DNA of 64,000 nucleotides from Eledone cirrhosa (taxonomy: Eukaryota), in NCBI GenBank assembly GCA_964016885.1, contig CAXHJY010000001.1:248001-312000 (forward strand), read 5' to 3'. This document shows positions 1 to 18,000 of the stretch, piece by piece. The notes under the pieces were generated by a model that ran no database searches, was not told the DNA's origin, and was given only the letters and a program-made list of their open reading frames with translations. How positions within the stretch are numbered: position 1 is the first letter of the stretch; each line of letters opens with the position of its first letter. The translations under genes and the position numbers were made by a program.

Positions 1-3000
1 TCTCACTACCATAACATAACCTCCACATTCATCACCCATGTCACACTACCGTGTAACATACCCTCCACATTCATCACCTATGTCACACTACCATGTAATA
101 TATCCTCCACATTCATCACCCATGTCACACTACCATGTAACATATCCTCCACATTCATCACCCATGTCTCACTACCATAACATAACCTCCACATTCATCA
201 CCCATGTCACACTACCGTGTAAGATCTCCTCCACATTCATCACCTATGTCACACTACCATGTAATATATCCTCCACATTCATCACCCATCTCTCACTACC
301 ATGTAACATATCCTCCACATTCATCACCCATGTCACACTACCATGTCACATAACCTCCACATTCATCACCCATGTCTCACTACCATAACATATCCTTCAC
401 ATTCATCACCCATGTCTCACTACCATAACATAACCGCCACATTCATCACCCATGTCACACTACCGTGTAAGATCTCCTCCACATTCATCACCTATGTCAC
501 ACTACCATGTAATATATCCTCCACATTCGTCACCCATATCTCACTACCATAACATATCTCCACATTCATCATCCATGTCACACTAGCATGTAACATATCC
601 TCCACATTCATCACCCATGTCACACTACCATGTCACATAACCTCCACATTCATCACCCATGTCTCACTACCATAACATATCCTTCACATTCATCACCCAT
701 GTCTCACTACCATAACATAACCTCCACATTCATCACCCATGTCACACTACCGTGTAACATATCCTCCACATTCATCACCCATGTCACACTACTATGTAAC
801 ATATCCTCCACATTCATCACCCATGTCTCACTACCATAACATAACCTCCACATTCATCACCCATGTCACACTACCGTGTAACATATCCTCCACATTCATC
901 ACCTATGTCACACTACCATGTAATATATCCTCCACATTCATCACCCATGTCTCACTACCATGTAACATATCCTCCACATTCATCACCCATGTCACACTAC
1001 CATGTAACATATCTACACATTCATCACCCATGTCACACTACCATATCACATAACCTCCACATTCATCACCCATGTATCACTACCATGTAACATAACCTCT
1101 TCATTCATCACCCATGTCTCACTACCATAACATAACCTCCACATTCATGACCCATGTCTCACTACCATGTAACATATCCTCCACATTCATCACCCATGTC
1201 TCACTACCATGTAACATAACCTCCACATTCATCACCCATGTCTCACTACCATAACATAACCTCCACATTCATCACCCATGTCTCACTACCAGAACATATC
1301 CTCCACATTCATCACCCATGTCTCACTACTATAACATATCTCCACATTCATTATCCATGTCACACTATCATGTAACATATCCTCCACATTCATCACCCAT
1401 GTCTCACTACCATAACATATCCTTCACATTCATCACTCATGTCTCACTACCATAACATAACCTCCACATTCATCACCCATGTCACACTACCATGTAACAT
1501 ATCCTCCACATTCATCACCCATGTCTCACTACCATAACATAACCTCCACATTCATCACCCATGTCACACTACCATAACATATCCTCCACATTCATCACCC
1601 ATGTCACACTACCATGTAACATATCCTCCACATTCATCACCCATGTCTCACTACCATAACATAACCTCCACATTCATCACCCATGTCACACTACCGTGTA
1701 ACATATCCTCCACATTCATCACCTATGTCACACTACCATGTGATATATCCTACACTTTCATCACCCATGTCTCACTACCATGTAACATATCCTCCACATT
1801 CGTCACCCATTTCTCACTACCATAACATATCTCCACATTCATCATCCATGTCACACTACCATGTAACATATACTCCACATTCATCACCCATGTCACACTA
1901 CCATAACATATCTCCACATTCATCACCCATGTAACATATCCTCCACATTCATCACCCATGTAACATATCCTCCACGTTCATCACCCATGTCTCACTACCA
2001 TAACATAACCTCCACATTCATCACCCTTGTCACACTACCATAACATATCCTTCACATTAATACCCATGTCACACTACCATGTAACATATCCTCCACATTC
2101 ATCACCCATGTCTCACTACCATAACATAACCTCCACATTCATCACCCATGTCACACTACCGTGTAACATATCCTCCACATTCATCACCTATGTCACACTA
2201 CCATGTAATATATCCTCCACATTCATCACCCATGTCACACTACCATGTAACATATCCTCCACATTCATCACCCATGTCTCACTACCATAACATAACCTCC
2301 ACATTCATCACCCATGTCACACTACCGTGTAAGATCTCCTCCACATTCATCACCTATGTCACACTACCATGTAATATATCCTCCACATTCATCACCCATG
2401 TCTCACTACCATGTAACATATCCTCCACATTCATCACCCATGTCACACTACCATGTCACATAACCTCCACATTCATCACCCATGTCTCACTACCATAACA
2501 TATCCTCCACATTCATCACCCATGTCTCACTACCATAACATAACCTCCACATTCATCACCCATGTCACACTACCATAACATATCTCCACATTCATCACCC
2601 ATGTCACACTACCATGTAACATATCCTCCACATATATCACCCATGTCACACTACCATGTAACATATCCTCCACATTCATCACCCATGCCTCACTACCATA
2701 ACATAACCTCCACATTCATCACCCATGTCACACTACCGTGTAACATATCCTCCAAATTCATCACCTATGTCACACTACCATGTAATATATCCTACACTTT
2801 CATCACCCATGTCTCACTACCATGTAACATATCCTCCACATTCATCACCCATGTCTCACTACCATAACATATCTCCACATTCATCATCCATGTCACACTA
2901 CCATGTAACATATCCTCCACATTCATCACCCATGTCACACTACCATGTCACATAACCTCCACATTCATCACCCATGTCTCACTACCATAACATATCCTTC

Positions 3001-6000
3001 ACATTCATCACCCATGTCTCACTACCATAACATAACCTCCACATTCATCACCCATGTCACACTACCATGTAACATATCCTCCACATTCATCACCCATGTC
3101 TCACTACCATAACATAACCTCCACATTCATCACCCATGTCACACTACCATGTAACATATCCTCCACATTCATCACCCATGTCACACTACTATGTAACATA
3201 TCCTCCACATTCATCACCCATGTCTCACTACCATAACATAACCTCCACATTCATCACCCATGTCACACTACCGTGTAACATATCCTCCACATTCATCACC
3301 TATGTCACACTACCATGTAATATATCCTCCACATTCATCACCCATGTCTAACTACCATGTAACATATCCTCCACATTCATCACCCATGTCACACTACCAT
3401 GTAACATATCTACACATTCATCACCCATGTCACACTACCATATCACATAACCTCCACATTCATCACCCATGTATCACTACCATGTAACATAACCTCTTCA
3501 TTCATCACCCATGTCTCACTACCATAACATAACCTCCACATTCATGACCCATGTCTCACTACCATGTAACATATCCTCCACATTCATCACCCATGTCTCA
3601 CTACCATGTAACATAACCTCCACATTCATCACCCATGTCTCACTACCATAACATAACCTCCACATTCATCACCCATGTCTCACTACCAGAACATATCCTC
3701 CACATTCATCACCCATGTCTCACTACCATAACATATCTCCACATTCATTATCCATGTCACACTATCATGTAACATATCCTCCACATTCATCACCCATGTC
3801 TCACTACCATAACATATCCTTCACATTCATCACCCATGTCTCACTACCATAACATAACCTCCACATTCATCACCCATGTCACACTACCATGTAACATATC
3901 CTCCACATTCATCACCCATGTCTCACTACCATAACATAACCTCCACATTCATCACCCATGTCACACTACCATAACATATCCTCCACATTCATCACCCATG
4001 TCACACTACCATGTAACATATCCTCCACATTCATCACCCATGTCTCACTACCATAACATAACCTCCACATTCATCACCCATGTCACACTACCGTGTAACA
4101 TATCCTCCACATTCATCACCTATGTCACACTACCATGTAATATATCCTACACTTTCATCACCCATGTCTCACTACCATGTAACATATCCTCCACATTCGT
4201 CACCCATTTCTCACTACCATAACATATCTCCACATTCATCATCCATGTCACACTACCATGTAACATATACTCCACATTCATCACCCATGTCACACTACCT
4301 TGTCACATAACTTCAACATTCATCACCCATGTCTCACTACCATAACATATCCTTCACATTCATCACCCATGTCTCACTACCATAACATAACCTCCACATT
4401 CATCACCCATGTCACACTACCATAACATATCTCCACATTCATCACCCATGTTACACTACCATGTAACATATCCTCCACATTCATCACCCATGTCTCACTA
4501 CCATAAATAACCTCCACATTCAACACCCATGTCACACTACCATAACATATCCTCCACATTCATCACCCATGTCGCACTACCATGTAACATATCCTCCACA
4601 TATATCACCCATGTCACACTACCATGTAACATATCCTCCACATTCATCACCCATGTCTCACTACCATAACATAACCTCCACATTCATCACCCATGTCACA
4701 CTACCGTGTAACATATCCTCCAAATTCATCACCTATGTCACACTACCATGTAATATATCCTACACTTTCATCACCCATGTCTCACTACCATGTAACATAT
4801 CCTCCACATTCATCACCCATGTCTCACTACCATAACATATCTCCACATTCATCATCCATGTCACACTACCATGTAACATATCCTCCACATTCATCACCCA
4901 TGTCACACTACCATGTCACATAACCTCCACATTCATCACCCATGTCTCACTACCATAACATATCCTTCACATTCATCACCCATGTCTCACTACCATAACA
5001 TAACCTCCACATTCATCACCCATGTCACACTACCATGTAACATATCCTCCACATTCATCACCCATGTCTCACTACCATAACATAACCTCCACATTCATCA
5101 CCCATGTCACACTACCATGTAACATATCCTCCACATTCATCACCCATGTCACACTACTATGTAACATATCCTCCACATTCATCACCCATGTCTCACTACC
5201 ATAACATAACCTCCACATTCATCACCCATGTCACACTACCGTGTAACATATCCTCCACATTCATCACCTATGTCACACTACCATGTAATATATCCTCCAC
5301 ATTCATCACCCATGTCTCACTACCATGTAACATATCCTCCACATTCATCACCCATGTCACACTACCATGTAACATATCTACACATTCATCACCCATGTCA
5401 CACTACCATATCACATAACCTCCACATTCATCACCCATGTATCACTACCATGTAACATAACCTCTTCATTCATCACCCATGTCTCACTACCATAACATAA
5501 CCTCCACATTCATGACCCATGTCTCACTACCATGTAACATATCCTCCACATTCATCACCCATGTCTCACTACCATAACATAACCTCCACATTCATCACCC
5601 ATGTCACACTACCATAACATATCCTCCACATTCATCACCCATGTCACACTACCATGTAACATATCCTCCACATTCATCACCCATGTCTCACTACCATAAC
5701 ATAACCTCCACATTCATCACCCATGTCACACTACCGTGTAACATATCCTCCACATTCATCACCTATGTCACACTACCATGTAATATATCCTACACTTTCA
5801 TCACCCATGTCTCACTACCATGTAACATATCCTCCACATTCGTCACCCATTTCTCACTACCATAACATATCTCCACATTCATCATCCATGTCACACTACC
5901 ATGTAACATATCCTCCACATTCATCACCCATGTCTCACTACCATAACATAACCTCCACATTCATCACCCATGTCACACTGCCGTGTCACATATCCTCCAC

Positions 6001-9000
6001 ATTCATCACCTATGTCACACTACCATGTAATATATCCTCCACATTCATCACCCATGTCTCACTACCATGTAACATATCCTCCACAATAATGACCCATGTC
6101 TCACTACCATAACATAGCCTCCACATTCATCACCATGTCTCACTACCATAACATAACCTCCACATTCATCACCCATGTCTCACTACCATGTAACATATCC
6201 TCCACATTCGTCACCCATTTCTCACTACCATAACATATCTCCACATTCATCATCCATGTCACACTACCATGTAACATATACTCCACATTCATCACCCATG
6301 TCACACTACCATAACATATCTCCACATTCATCACCCATGTAACATATCCTCCACATTCATCACCCATGTCTCACTACCATAACATAACCTCCACATTCAT
6401 CACCCATGTCTCACTACCATGTAACATATCCTCCACATTCATCACCCATGTCTCACTACCATGTAACATAACCTCCACATTCATCACCCATGTCTCACTA
6501 CCATAACATAACCTCCACATTCATCACCCATGTCTCACTACCAGAACATATCCTCCACATTCATCACCCATGTCTCACTACCATAACATATCTCCACATT
6601 CATTATCCATGTCACACTATCATGTAACATATCCTCCACATTCATCACCCATGTCTCACTACCATAACATATCCTTCACATTCATCACCCATGTCTCACT
6701 ACCATAACATAACCTCCACATTCATCACCCATGTCACACTACCATGTAACATATCCTCCACATTCATCACCCATGTCTCACTACCATAACATAACCTCCA
6801 CATTCATCACCCATGTCACACTACCATAACATATCCTCCACATTCATCACCCATGTCACACTACCATGTAACATATCCTCCACATTCATCACCCATGTCT
6901 CACTACCATAACATAACCTCCACATTCATCACCCATGTCACACTACCGTGTAACATATCCTCCACATTCATCACCTATGTCACACTACCATGTAATATAT
7001 CCTACACTTTCATCACCCATGTCTCACTACCATGTAACATATCCTCCACATTCGTCACCCATTTCTCACTACCATAACATATCTCCACATTCATCATCCA
7101 TGTCACACTACCATGTAACATATACTTTACATTCATCACCCATGTCACACTACCTTGTCACATAACTTCAACATTCATCACCCATGTCTCACTACCATAA
7201 CATATCCTTCACATTCATCACCCATGTCTCACTACCATAACATAACCTCCACATTCATCACCCATGTCACACTACCATAACATATCTCCACATTCATCAC
7301 CCATGTTACACTACCATGTAACATATCCTCCACATTCATCACCCATGTCTCACTACCATAAATAACCTCCACATTCAACACCCATGTCACACTACCATAA
7401 CATATCCTCCACATTCATCACCCATGTCGCACTACTATGTAACATATCCTCCACATTCATCACCCATGTCTCACTACCATAACATAACCTCCACATTCAT
7501 CACCCATGTCACACTGCCGTGTCACATATCCTCCACATTCATCACCTATGTCACACTACCATGTAATATATCCTCCACATTCATCACCCATGTCTCACTA
7601 CCATGTAACATATCCTCCACATTCATCACCCATGTCACACTACCATGTAACATATCTACACATTCATCACCCATGTCACACTACCATATCACATAACCTC
7701 CACATTCATCACCCATGTATCACTACCATGTAACATAACCTCTTCATTCATCACCCATGTCTCACTACCATAACATAACCTCCACATTCATGACCCATGT
7801 CTCACTACCATGTAACATATCCTCCACATTCATCACCCATGTCTCACTACCATGTAACATAACCTCCACATTCATCACCCATGTCTCACTACCATAACAT
7901 AACCTCCACATTCATCACCCATGTCTCACTACCAGAACATATCCTCCACATTCATCACCCATGTCTCACTACTATAACATATCTCCACATTCATTATCCA
8001 TGTCACACTATCATGTAACATATCCTCCACATTCATCACCCATGTCTCACTACCATAACATATCCTTCACATTCATCACTCATGTCTCACTACCATAACA
8101 TAACCTCCACATTCATCACCCATGTCACACTACCATGTAACATATCCTCCACATTCATCACCCATGTCTCACTACCATAACATAACCTCCACATTCATCA
8201 CCCATGTCACACTACCATAACATATCCTCCACATTCATCACCCATGTCACACTACCATGTAACATATCCTCCACATTCATCACCCATGTCTCACTACCAT
8301 AACATAACCTCCACATTCATCACCCATGTCACACTACCGTGTAACATATCCTCCACATTCATCACCTATGTCACACTACCATGTAATATATCCTACACTT
8401 TCATCACCCATGTCTCACTACCATGTAACATATCCTCCACATTCGTCACCCATTTCTCACTACCATAACATATCTCCACATTCATCATCCATGTCACACT
8501 ACCATGTAACATATACTCCACATTCATCACCCATGTCACACTACCATAACATATCTCCACATTCATCACCCATGTAACATATCCTCCACATTCATCACCC
8601 ATGTAACATATCCTCCACGTTCATCACCCATGTCTCACTACCATAACATAACCTCCACATTCATCACCCTTGTCACACTACCATAACATATCCTTCACAT
8701 TAATACCCATGTCACACTACCATGTAACATATCCTCCACATTCATCACCCATGTCTCACTACCATAACATAACCTCCACATTCATCACCCATGTCACACT
8801 ACCGTGTAACATATCCTCCACATTCATCACCTATGTCACACTACCATGTAATATATCCTCCACATTCATCACCCATGTCACACTACCATGTAACATATCC
8901 TCCACATTCATCACCCATGTCTCACTACCATAACATAACCTCCACATTCATCACCCATGTCACACTACCGTGTAAGATCTCCTCCACATTCATCACCTAT

Positions 9001-12000
9001 GTCACACTACCATGTAATATATCCTCCACATTCATCACCCATGTCTCACTACCATGTAACATATCCTCCACATTCATCACCCATGTCACACTACCATGTC
9101 ACATAACCTCCACATTCATCACCCATGTCTCACTACCATAACATATCCTCCACATTCATCACCCATGTCTCACTACCATAACATAACCTCCACATTCATC
9201 ACCCATGTCACACTACCATAACATATCTCCACATTCATCACCCATGTCACACTACCATGTAACATATCCTCCACATATATCACCCATGTCACACTACCAT
9301 GTAACATATCCTCCACATTCATCACCCATGCCTCACTACCATAACATAACCTCCACATTCATCACCCATGTCACACTACCGTGTAACATATCCTCCAAAT
9401 TCATCACCTATGTCACACTACCATGTAATATATCCTACACTTTCATCACCCATGTCTCACTACCATGTAACATATCCTCCACATTCATCACCCATGTCTC
9501 ACTACCATAACATATCTCCACATTCATCATCCATGTCACACTACCATGTAACATATCCTCCACATTCATCACCCATGTCACACTACCATGTCACATAACC
9601 TCCACATTCATCACCCATGTCTCACTACCATAACATATCCTTCACATTCATCACCCATGTCTCACTACCATAACATAACCTCCACATTCATCACCCATGT
9701 CACACTACCATGTAACATATCCTCCACATTCATCACCCATGTCTCACTACCATAACATAACCTCCACATTCATCACCCATGTCACACTACCATGTAACAT
9801 ATCCTCCACATTCATCACCCATGTCACACTACTATGTAACATATCCTCCACATTCATCACCCATGTCTCACTACCATAACATAACCTCCACATTCATCAC
9901 CCATGTCACACTACCGTGTAACATATCCTCCACATTCATCACCTATGTCACACTACCATGTAATATATCCTCCACATTCATCACCCATGTCTAACTACCA
10001 TGTAACATATCCTCCACATTCATCACCCATGTCACACTACCATGTAACATATCTACACATTCATCACCCATGTCACACTACCATATCACATAACCTCCAC
10101 ATTCATCACCCATGTCTCACTACCATAACATATCCTTCACATTCATCACCCATGTCTCACTACCATAACATAACCTCCACATTCATCACCCATGTCACAC
10201 TACCATGTAACATATCCTCCACATTCATCACCCATGTCTCACTACCATAACATAACCTCCACATTCATGACCCATGTCTCACTACCATGTAACATATCCT
10301 CCACATTCATCACCCATGTCTCACTACCATGTAACATAACCTCCACATTCATCACCCATGTCTCACTACCATAACATAACCTCCACATTCATCAACCATG
10401 TCTCACTACCAGAACATATCCTCCACATTCATCACCCATGTCTCACTACCATAACATATCTCCACATTCATTATCCATGTCACACTATCATGTAACATAT
10501 CCTCCACATTCATCACCCATGTCTCACTACCATAACATATCCTTCACATTCATCACCCATGTCTCACTACCATAACATAACCTCCACATTCATCACCCAT
10601 GTCACACTACCATGTAACATATCCTCCACATTCATCACCCATGTCTCACTACCATAACATAACCTCCACATTCATCACCCATGTCACACTACCATAACAT
10701 ATCCTCCACATTCATCACCCATGTCACACTACCATGTAACATATCCTCCACATTCATCACCCATGTCTCACTACCATAACATAACCTCCACATTCATCAC
10801 CCATGTCACACTACCGTGTAACATATCCTCCAAATTCATCACCTATGTCACACTACCATGTAATATATCCTACACTTTCATCACCCATGTCTCACTACCA
10901 TGTAACATATCCTCCACATTCGTCACCCATTTCTCACTACCATAACATATCTCCACATTCATCATCCATGTCACACTACCATGTAACATATACTCCACAT
11001 TCATCACCCATGTCACACTACCTTGTCACATAACTTCAACATTCATCACCCATGTCTCACTACCATAACATATCCTTCACATTCATCACCCATGTCTCAC
11101 TACCATAACATAACCTCCACATTCATCACCCATGTCACACTACCATAACATATCTCCACATTCATCACCCATGTTACACTACCATGTAACATATCCTCCA
11201 CATTCATCACCCATGTCTCACTACCATAAATAACCTCCACATTCAACACCCATGTCACACTACCATAACATATCCTCCACATTCATCACCCATGTCGCAC
11301 TACTATGTAACATATCCTCCACATTCATCACCCATGTCTCACTACCATAACATAACCTCCACATTCATCACCCATGTCACACTGCCGTGTCACATATCCT
11401 CCACATTCATCACCTATGTCACACTACCATGTAATATATCCTCCACATTCATCACCCATGTCTCACTACCATGTAACATATCCTCCACAATAATGACCCA
11501 TGTCTCACTACCATAACATAGCCTCCACATTCATCACCATGTCTCACTACCATAACATAACCTCCACATTCATCACCCATGTCTCACTACCATGTAACAT
11601 ATCCTCCACATTCGTCACCCATTTCTCACTACCATAACATATCTCCACATTCATCATCCATGTCACACTACCATGTAACATATACTCCACATTCATCACC
11701 CATGTCACACTACCATAACATATCTCCACATTCATCACCCATGTAACATATCCTCCACATTCATCACCCATGTCTCACTACCATAACATAACCTCCACAT
11801 TCATCACCCATGTCTCACTACCATGTAACATATCCTCCACATTCATCACCCATGTCTCACTACCATGTAACATAACCTCCACATTCATCACCCATGTCTC
11901 ACTACCATAACATAACCTCCACATTCATCACCCATGTCTCACTACCAGAACATATCCTCCACATTCATCACCCATGTCTCACTACCATAACATATCTCCA

Positions 12001-15000
12001 CATTCATTATCCATGTCACACTATCATGTAACATATCCTCCACATTCATCACCCATGTCTCACTACCATAACATATCCTTCACATTCATCACCCATGTCT
12101 CACTACCATAACATAACCTCCACATTCATCACCCATGTCACACTACCATGTAACATATCCTCCACATTCATCACCCATGTCTCACTACCATAACATAACC
12201 TCCACATTCATCACCCATGTCACACTACCATAACATATCCTCCACACTCATCACCCATGTCACACTACCATGTAACATATCCTCCACATTCATCACCCAT
12301 GTCTCACTACCATAACATAACCTCCACATTCATCACCCATGTCACACTACCGTGTAACATATCCTCCACATTCATCACCTATGTCACACTACCATGTAAT
12401 ATATCCTACACTTTCATCACCCATGTCTCACTACCATGTAACATATCCTCCACATTCGTCACCCATTTCTCACTACCATAACATATCTCCACATTCTTCA
12501 TCCATGTCACACTACCATGTAACATATACTCCACATTCATCACCCATGTCACACTACCTTGTCACATAACTTCAACATTCATCACCCATGTCTCACTACC
12601 ATAACATATCCTTCACATTCATCACCCATGTCTCACTACCATAACATAACCTCCACATTCATCACCCATGTCACACTACCATAACATATCTCCACATTCA
12701 TCACCCATGTTACACTACCATGTAACATATCCTCCACATTCATCACCCATGTCTCACTACCATAAATAACCTCCACATTCAACACCCATGTCACACTACC
12801 ATAACATATCCTCCACATTCATCACCCATGTCGCACTACTATGTAACATATCCTCCACATTCATCACCCATGTCTCACTACCATAACATAACCTCCACAT
12901 TCATCACCCATGTCACACTGCCGTGTCACATATCCTCCACATTCATCACCTATGTCACACTACCATGTAATATATCCTCCACATTCATCACCCATGTCTC
13001 ACTACCATGTAACATATCCTCCACAATAATGACCCATGTCTCACTACCATAACATAGCCTCCACATTCATCACCATGTCTCACTACCATAACATAACCTC
13101 CACATTCATCACCCATGTCTCACTACCATGTAACATATCCTCCACATTCGTCACCCATTTCTCACTACCATAACATATCTCCACATTCATCATCCATGTC
13201 ACACTACCATGTAACATATACTCCACATTCATCACCCATGTCACACTACCATAACATATCTCCACATTCATCACCCATGTAACATATCCTCCACATTCAT
13301 CACCCATGTCTCACTACCATAACATAACCTCCACATTCATCACCCATGTCACACTACCGTGTAACATATCCTCCACATTCATCACCTATGTCACACTACC
13401 ATGTAATATATCCTCCACATTCATCACCCATGTCACACTACCATGTAACATATCCTCCACATTCATCACCCATGTCTCACTACCATAACATAAACTCCAC
13501 ATTCATCACCCATGTCACACTACCGTGTAAGATCTCCTCCACATTCATCACCTATGTCACACTACCATGTAATATATCCTCCACATTCATCACCCATGTC
13601 TCACTACCATAACATAACCTCCACATTCATCACCCATGTCACACTACCATGTCACATAACCTCCACATTCATCACCCATGTCTCACTACCATAACATACC
13701 CTTCACATTCATCACCCATGTCTCACTACCATAACATAACCTCCACATTCATCACCCATGTCACACTACCATAACATATCTCCACATTCATCACCCATGT
13801 CACACTACCATGTAACATATCCTCCACATATATCACCCATGTCACACTACCATGTAACATATCCTCCACATTCATCACCCATGTCTCACTACCATAACAT
13901 AACCTCCACATTCATCACCCATGTCACACTACCATAACATATCCTCCACATTCATCACCCATGTCACACTACCGTGTAACATATCCTCCAAATTCATCAC
14001 CTATGTCACACTACCATGTAATATATCCTACACTTTCATCACCCATGTCTCACTACCATGTAACATATCCTCCACATTCGTCACCCATGTCTCACTACCA
14101 TAACATATCTCCACATTCATCATCCATGTCACACTACCATGTAACATATCCTCCACATTCATCACCCATGTCACACTACCATGTCACATAACCTCCACAT
14201 TCATCACCCATGTCTCACTACCATAACATAACCTCCACATTCATCACCCATGTCACACTACCATGTAACATATCCTCCACATTCATCACCCATGTCTCAC
14301 TACCATAACATAACCTCCACATTCATCACCCATGTCACACTACCGTGTAACATATCCTCCACATTCATCACCCATGTCACACTACTATGTAACATATCCT
14401 CCACATTCATCACCCATGTCTCACTACCATAACATAACCTCCACATTCATCACCCATGTCACACTGCCGTGTAACATATCCTCCACATTCATCACCTATG
14501 TCACACTACCATGTAATATATCCTCCACATTCATCACCCATGTCTCACTACCATGTAACATATCCTCCACATTCATCACCCATGTCACACTACCATGTAA
14601 CATATCTACACATTCATCACCCATGTCACACTACCATATCACATAACCTCCACATTCATCACCCATGTATCACTACCATGTAACATAACCTCTTCATTCA
14701 TCACCCATGTCTCACTACCATAACATAACCTCCACATTCATGACCCATGTCTCACTACCATGTAACATATCCTCCACATTCATCACCCATGTCTCACTAC
14801 CATGTAACATAACCTCCACATTCATCACCCATGTCTCACTACCATAACATAACCTCCACATTCATCACCCATGTCTCACTACCAGAACATATCCTCCACA
14901 TTCATCACCCATGTCTCACTACCATAACATATCTCCACATTCATTATCCATGTCACACTATCATGTAACATATCCTCCACATTCATCACCCATGTCTCAC

Positions 15001-18000
15001 TACCATAACATATCCTTCACATTCATCACCCATGTCTCACTACCATAACATAACCTCCACATTCATCACCCATGTCACACTACCATGTAACATATCCTCC
15101 ACATTCATCACCCATGTCTCACTACCATAACATAACCTCCACATTCATCACCCCTGTCACACTACCATAACATATCCTCCACATTCATCACCCATGTCAC
15201 ACTACCATGTAACATATCCTCCACATTCATCACCCATGTCTCACTACCATAACATAACCTCCACATTCATCACCCATGTCACACTACCGTGTAACATATC
15301 CTCCACATTCATCACCTATGTCACACTACCATGTAATATATCCTACACTTTCATCACCCATGTCTCACTACCATGTAACATATCCTCCACATTCGTCACC
15401 CATTTCTCACTACCATAACATATCTCCACATTCATCATCCATGTCACACTACCATGTAACATATACTCCACATTCATCACCCATGTCACACTACCATGTC
15501 ACATAACTTCAACATTCATCACCCATGTCTCACTACCATAACATATCCTTCACATTCATCACCCATGTCTCACTACCATAACATAACCTCCACATTCATC
15601 ACCCATGTCACACTACCATAACATATCTCCACATTCATCACCCATGTCACACTACCATGTAACATATCCTCCACATTCATCACCCATGTCTCACTACCAT
15701 AACATTACCTCCACATTCAACACCCATGTCACACTACCATAACATATCCTCCACATTCATCACCCATGTCACACTACCATGTAACATATCCTCCACATTC
15801 ATCACCCATGTCTCACTACCATAACATAACCTCCACATTCATCACCCATGTCACACTACCGTGTAACATATCCTCCACATTCATCACCTATGTCACACTA
15901 CCATGTAATATATCCTCCACATTCATCACCCATGTCTCACTACCATGTAACATATCCTCCACAATAATGACGCATGTCTCACTACCATAACATAGCCTCC
16001 ACATTCATCACCATGTCTCACTACCATAACATAACCTCCACATTCATCACCCATGTCTCACTACCATAACATATCCTTCAAATTCATCACTCATGTCTCA
16101 CTACCATAACATAACCTCCACATTCATCACCCATGTCACACTACCATAACATATCTCCACATTCATCACCCATGTAACATATCCTCCACATTCATTACCC
16201 ATGTCTCACTACCATAACATAACCTCCACATTCATCACCCTTGTCACACTACCATAACATATCCTCCACATTCATCACCCATGTCACACTACCATGTAAC
16301 ATCCTCCACATTCATCACCTATGTCACACTACCATGTAATATATCCTCCACATTCATCACCCATGTCACACTACCATGTAACATATCTACACATTCATCA
16401 CCCATGTCACACTACCATATCACATAACCTCCACATTCATCACCCATGTCTCACTACCATGTAACATAACCTCTACATTCATCACCCATGTTTCACTACC
16501 ATAACATATCCTCCACATTCATCACCCATGTCACACTACCATGTAACATAACCTCCACATTCATCACCCATGTCTCACTACCACAACATATCCTCCACAT
16601 TCATCACCCATGTCACACTAGCATGTAACATATCCTCCACATTCATCACCCATGTCTCACTACCATAAAATAACCTCCACATATATCACCCATGTCACAC
16701 TACCATGTAACATATCCTCCACATTCATCACACATGTCACACTACCATGTCACATAACCTCCACATTCATCACCCCTGTCTCACTCCCATGTAACATATC
16801 CTCCACATTAATCACCCATGTCACACTACCATGTAACATATCCTCCACATTCATCACCCATGTCTCACTACCATAACATAACCTCCACATTCATCACCCA
16901 TGACTCACTACCATAACATATCCTCCACATTAATCACCCATGTCACACTACCATGTAACATATCCTCCACATTCATCACCCATGTCTCACTACCATAACA
17001 TAACCTCCACATTCATCACCCATGACTCACTACCATAACATATCCTCCACATTCACCACCCATGACTCACTACCATGTAACATAACCTCAACATTCATCA
17101 CCCATGTCTCACTACCATAACATATCCTCCACACTCATCACCCATGTCACAGTACCATGTAACATAACCTCTACATTCATCTCCCATGTCTCACTACCAT
17201 GTAACATAACCTCAACATTCATCACCCATGTCTCACTACCATAACATATCCTCCACATTTATCACCCATGTCACACTACCATGTAACATAACCTCTACAT
17301 TCTTCTCCCATGTCTCACTACCATGTAACATATCCTCCACATTCATCACCCATGTCTCACTACCATAACATAACCTCCACATTCATCACCCATGACTCAC
17401 TACCATAACATAACCTCCACATTCATCACCCATGTCTCACCACCATACGGTATCCTCCACATTCATCACCCATGTTACACTACCATGTAACATATCCTCC
17501 ACATTAATCACCCATGTCACACTACCATGTAACATATCCTCCACATTCATCACCCATGTCTCACTACCATAACATAACCTCCACATTCATCACCCATGAC
17601 TCACTACCATAACATATCCTCCACATTCATCACTCATGTCTCACTACCATGTAACATATCCTCCACATTCATCACCCATGTCTCACTACCATAACATATC
17701 CTTCACATTCATCACCCATGTCTCACTACCATAACATAACCTCCATATTCATCACCCATGTCACACTACCATAACATACCTCCACATTCATCACCCATGT
17801 CACACTACCATGTAACATATCCTCCACATTCATCACCCATGTCACACTACCATGTAACATATCCTCCACATTTATCACCCATGTCTCACTACCATAACAT
17901 AACCTCCACATTCATCACCCATGTCACACTACCATAACATATCCTCCACATTCATCACCCATGTCACACTACCATGTAACATATCCTCCACATTCATGAC

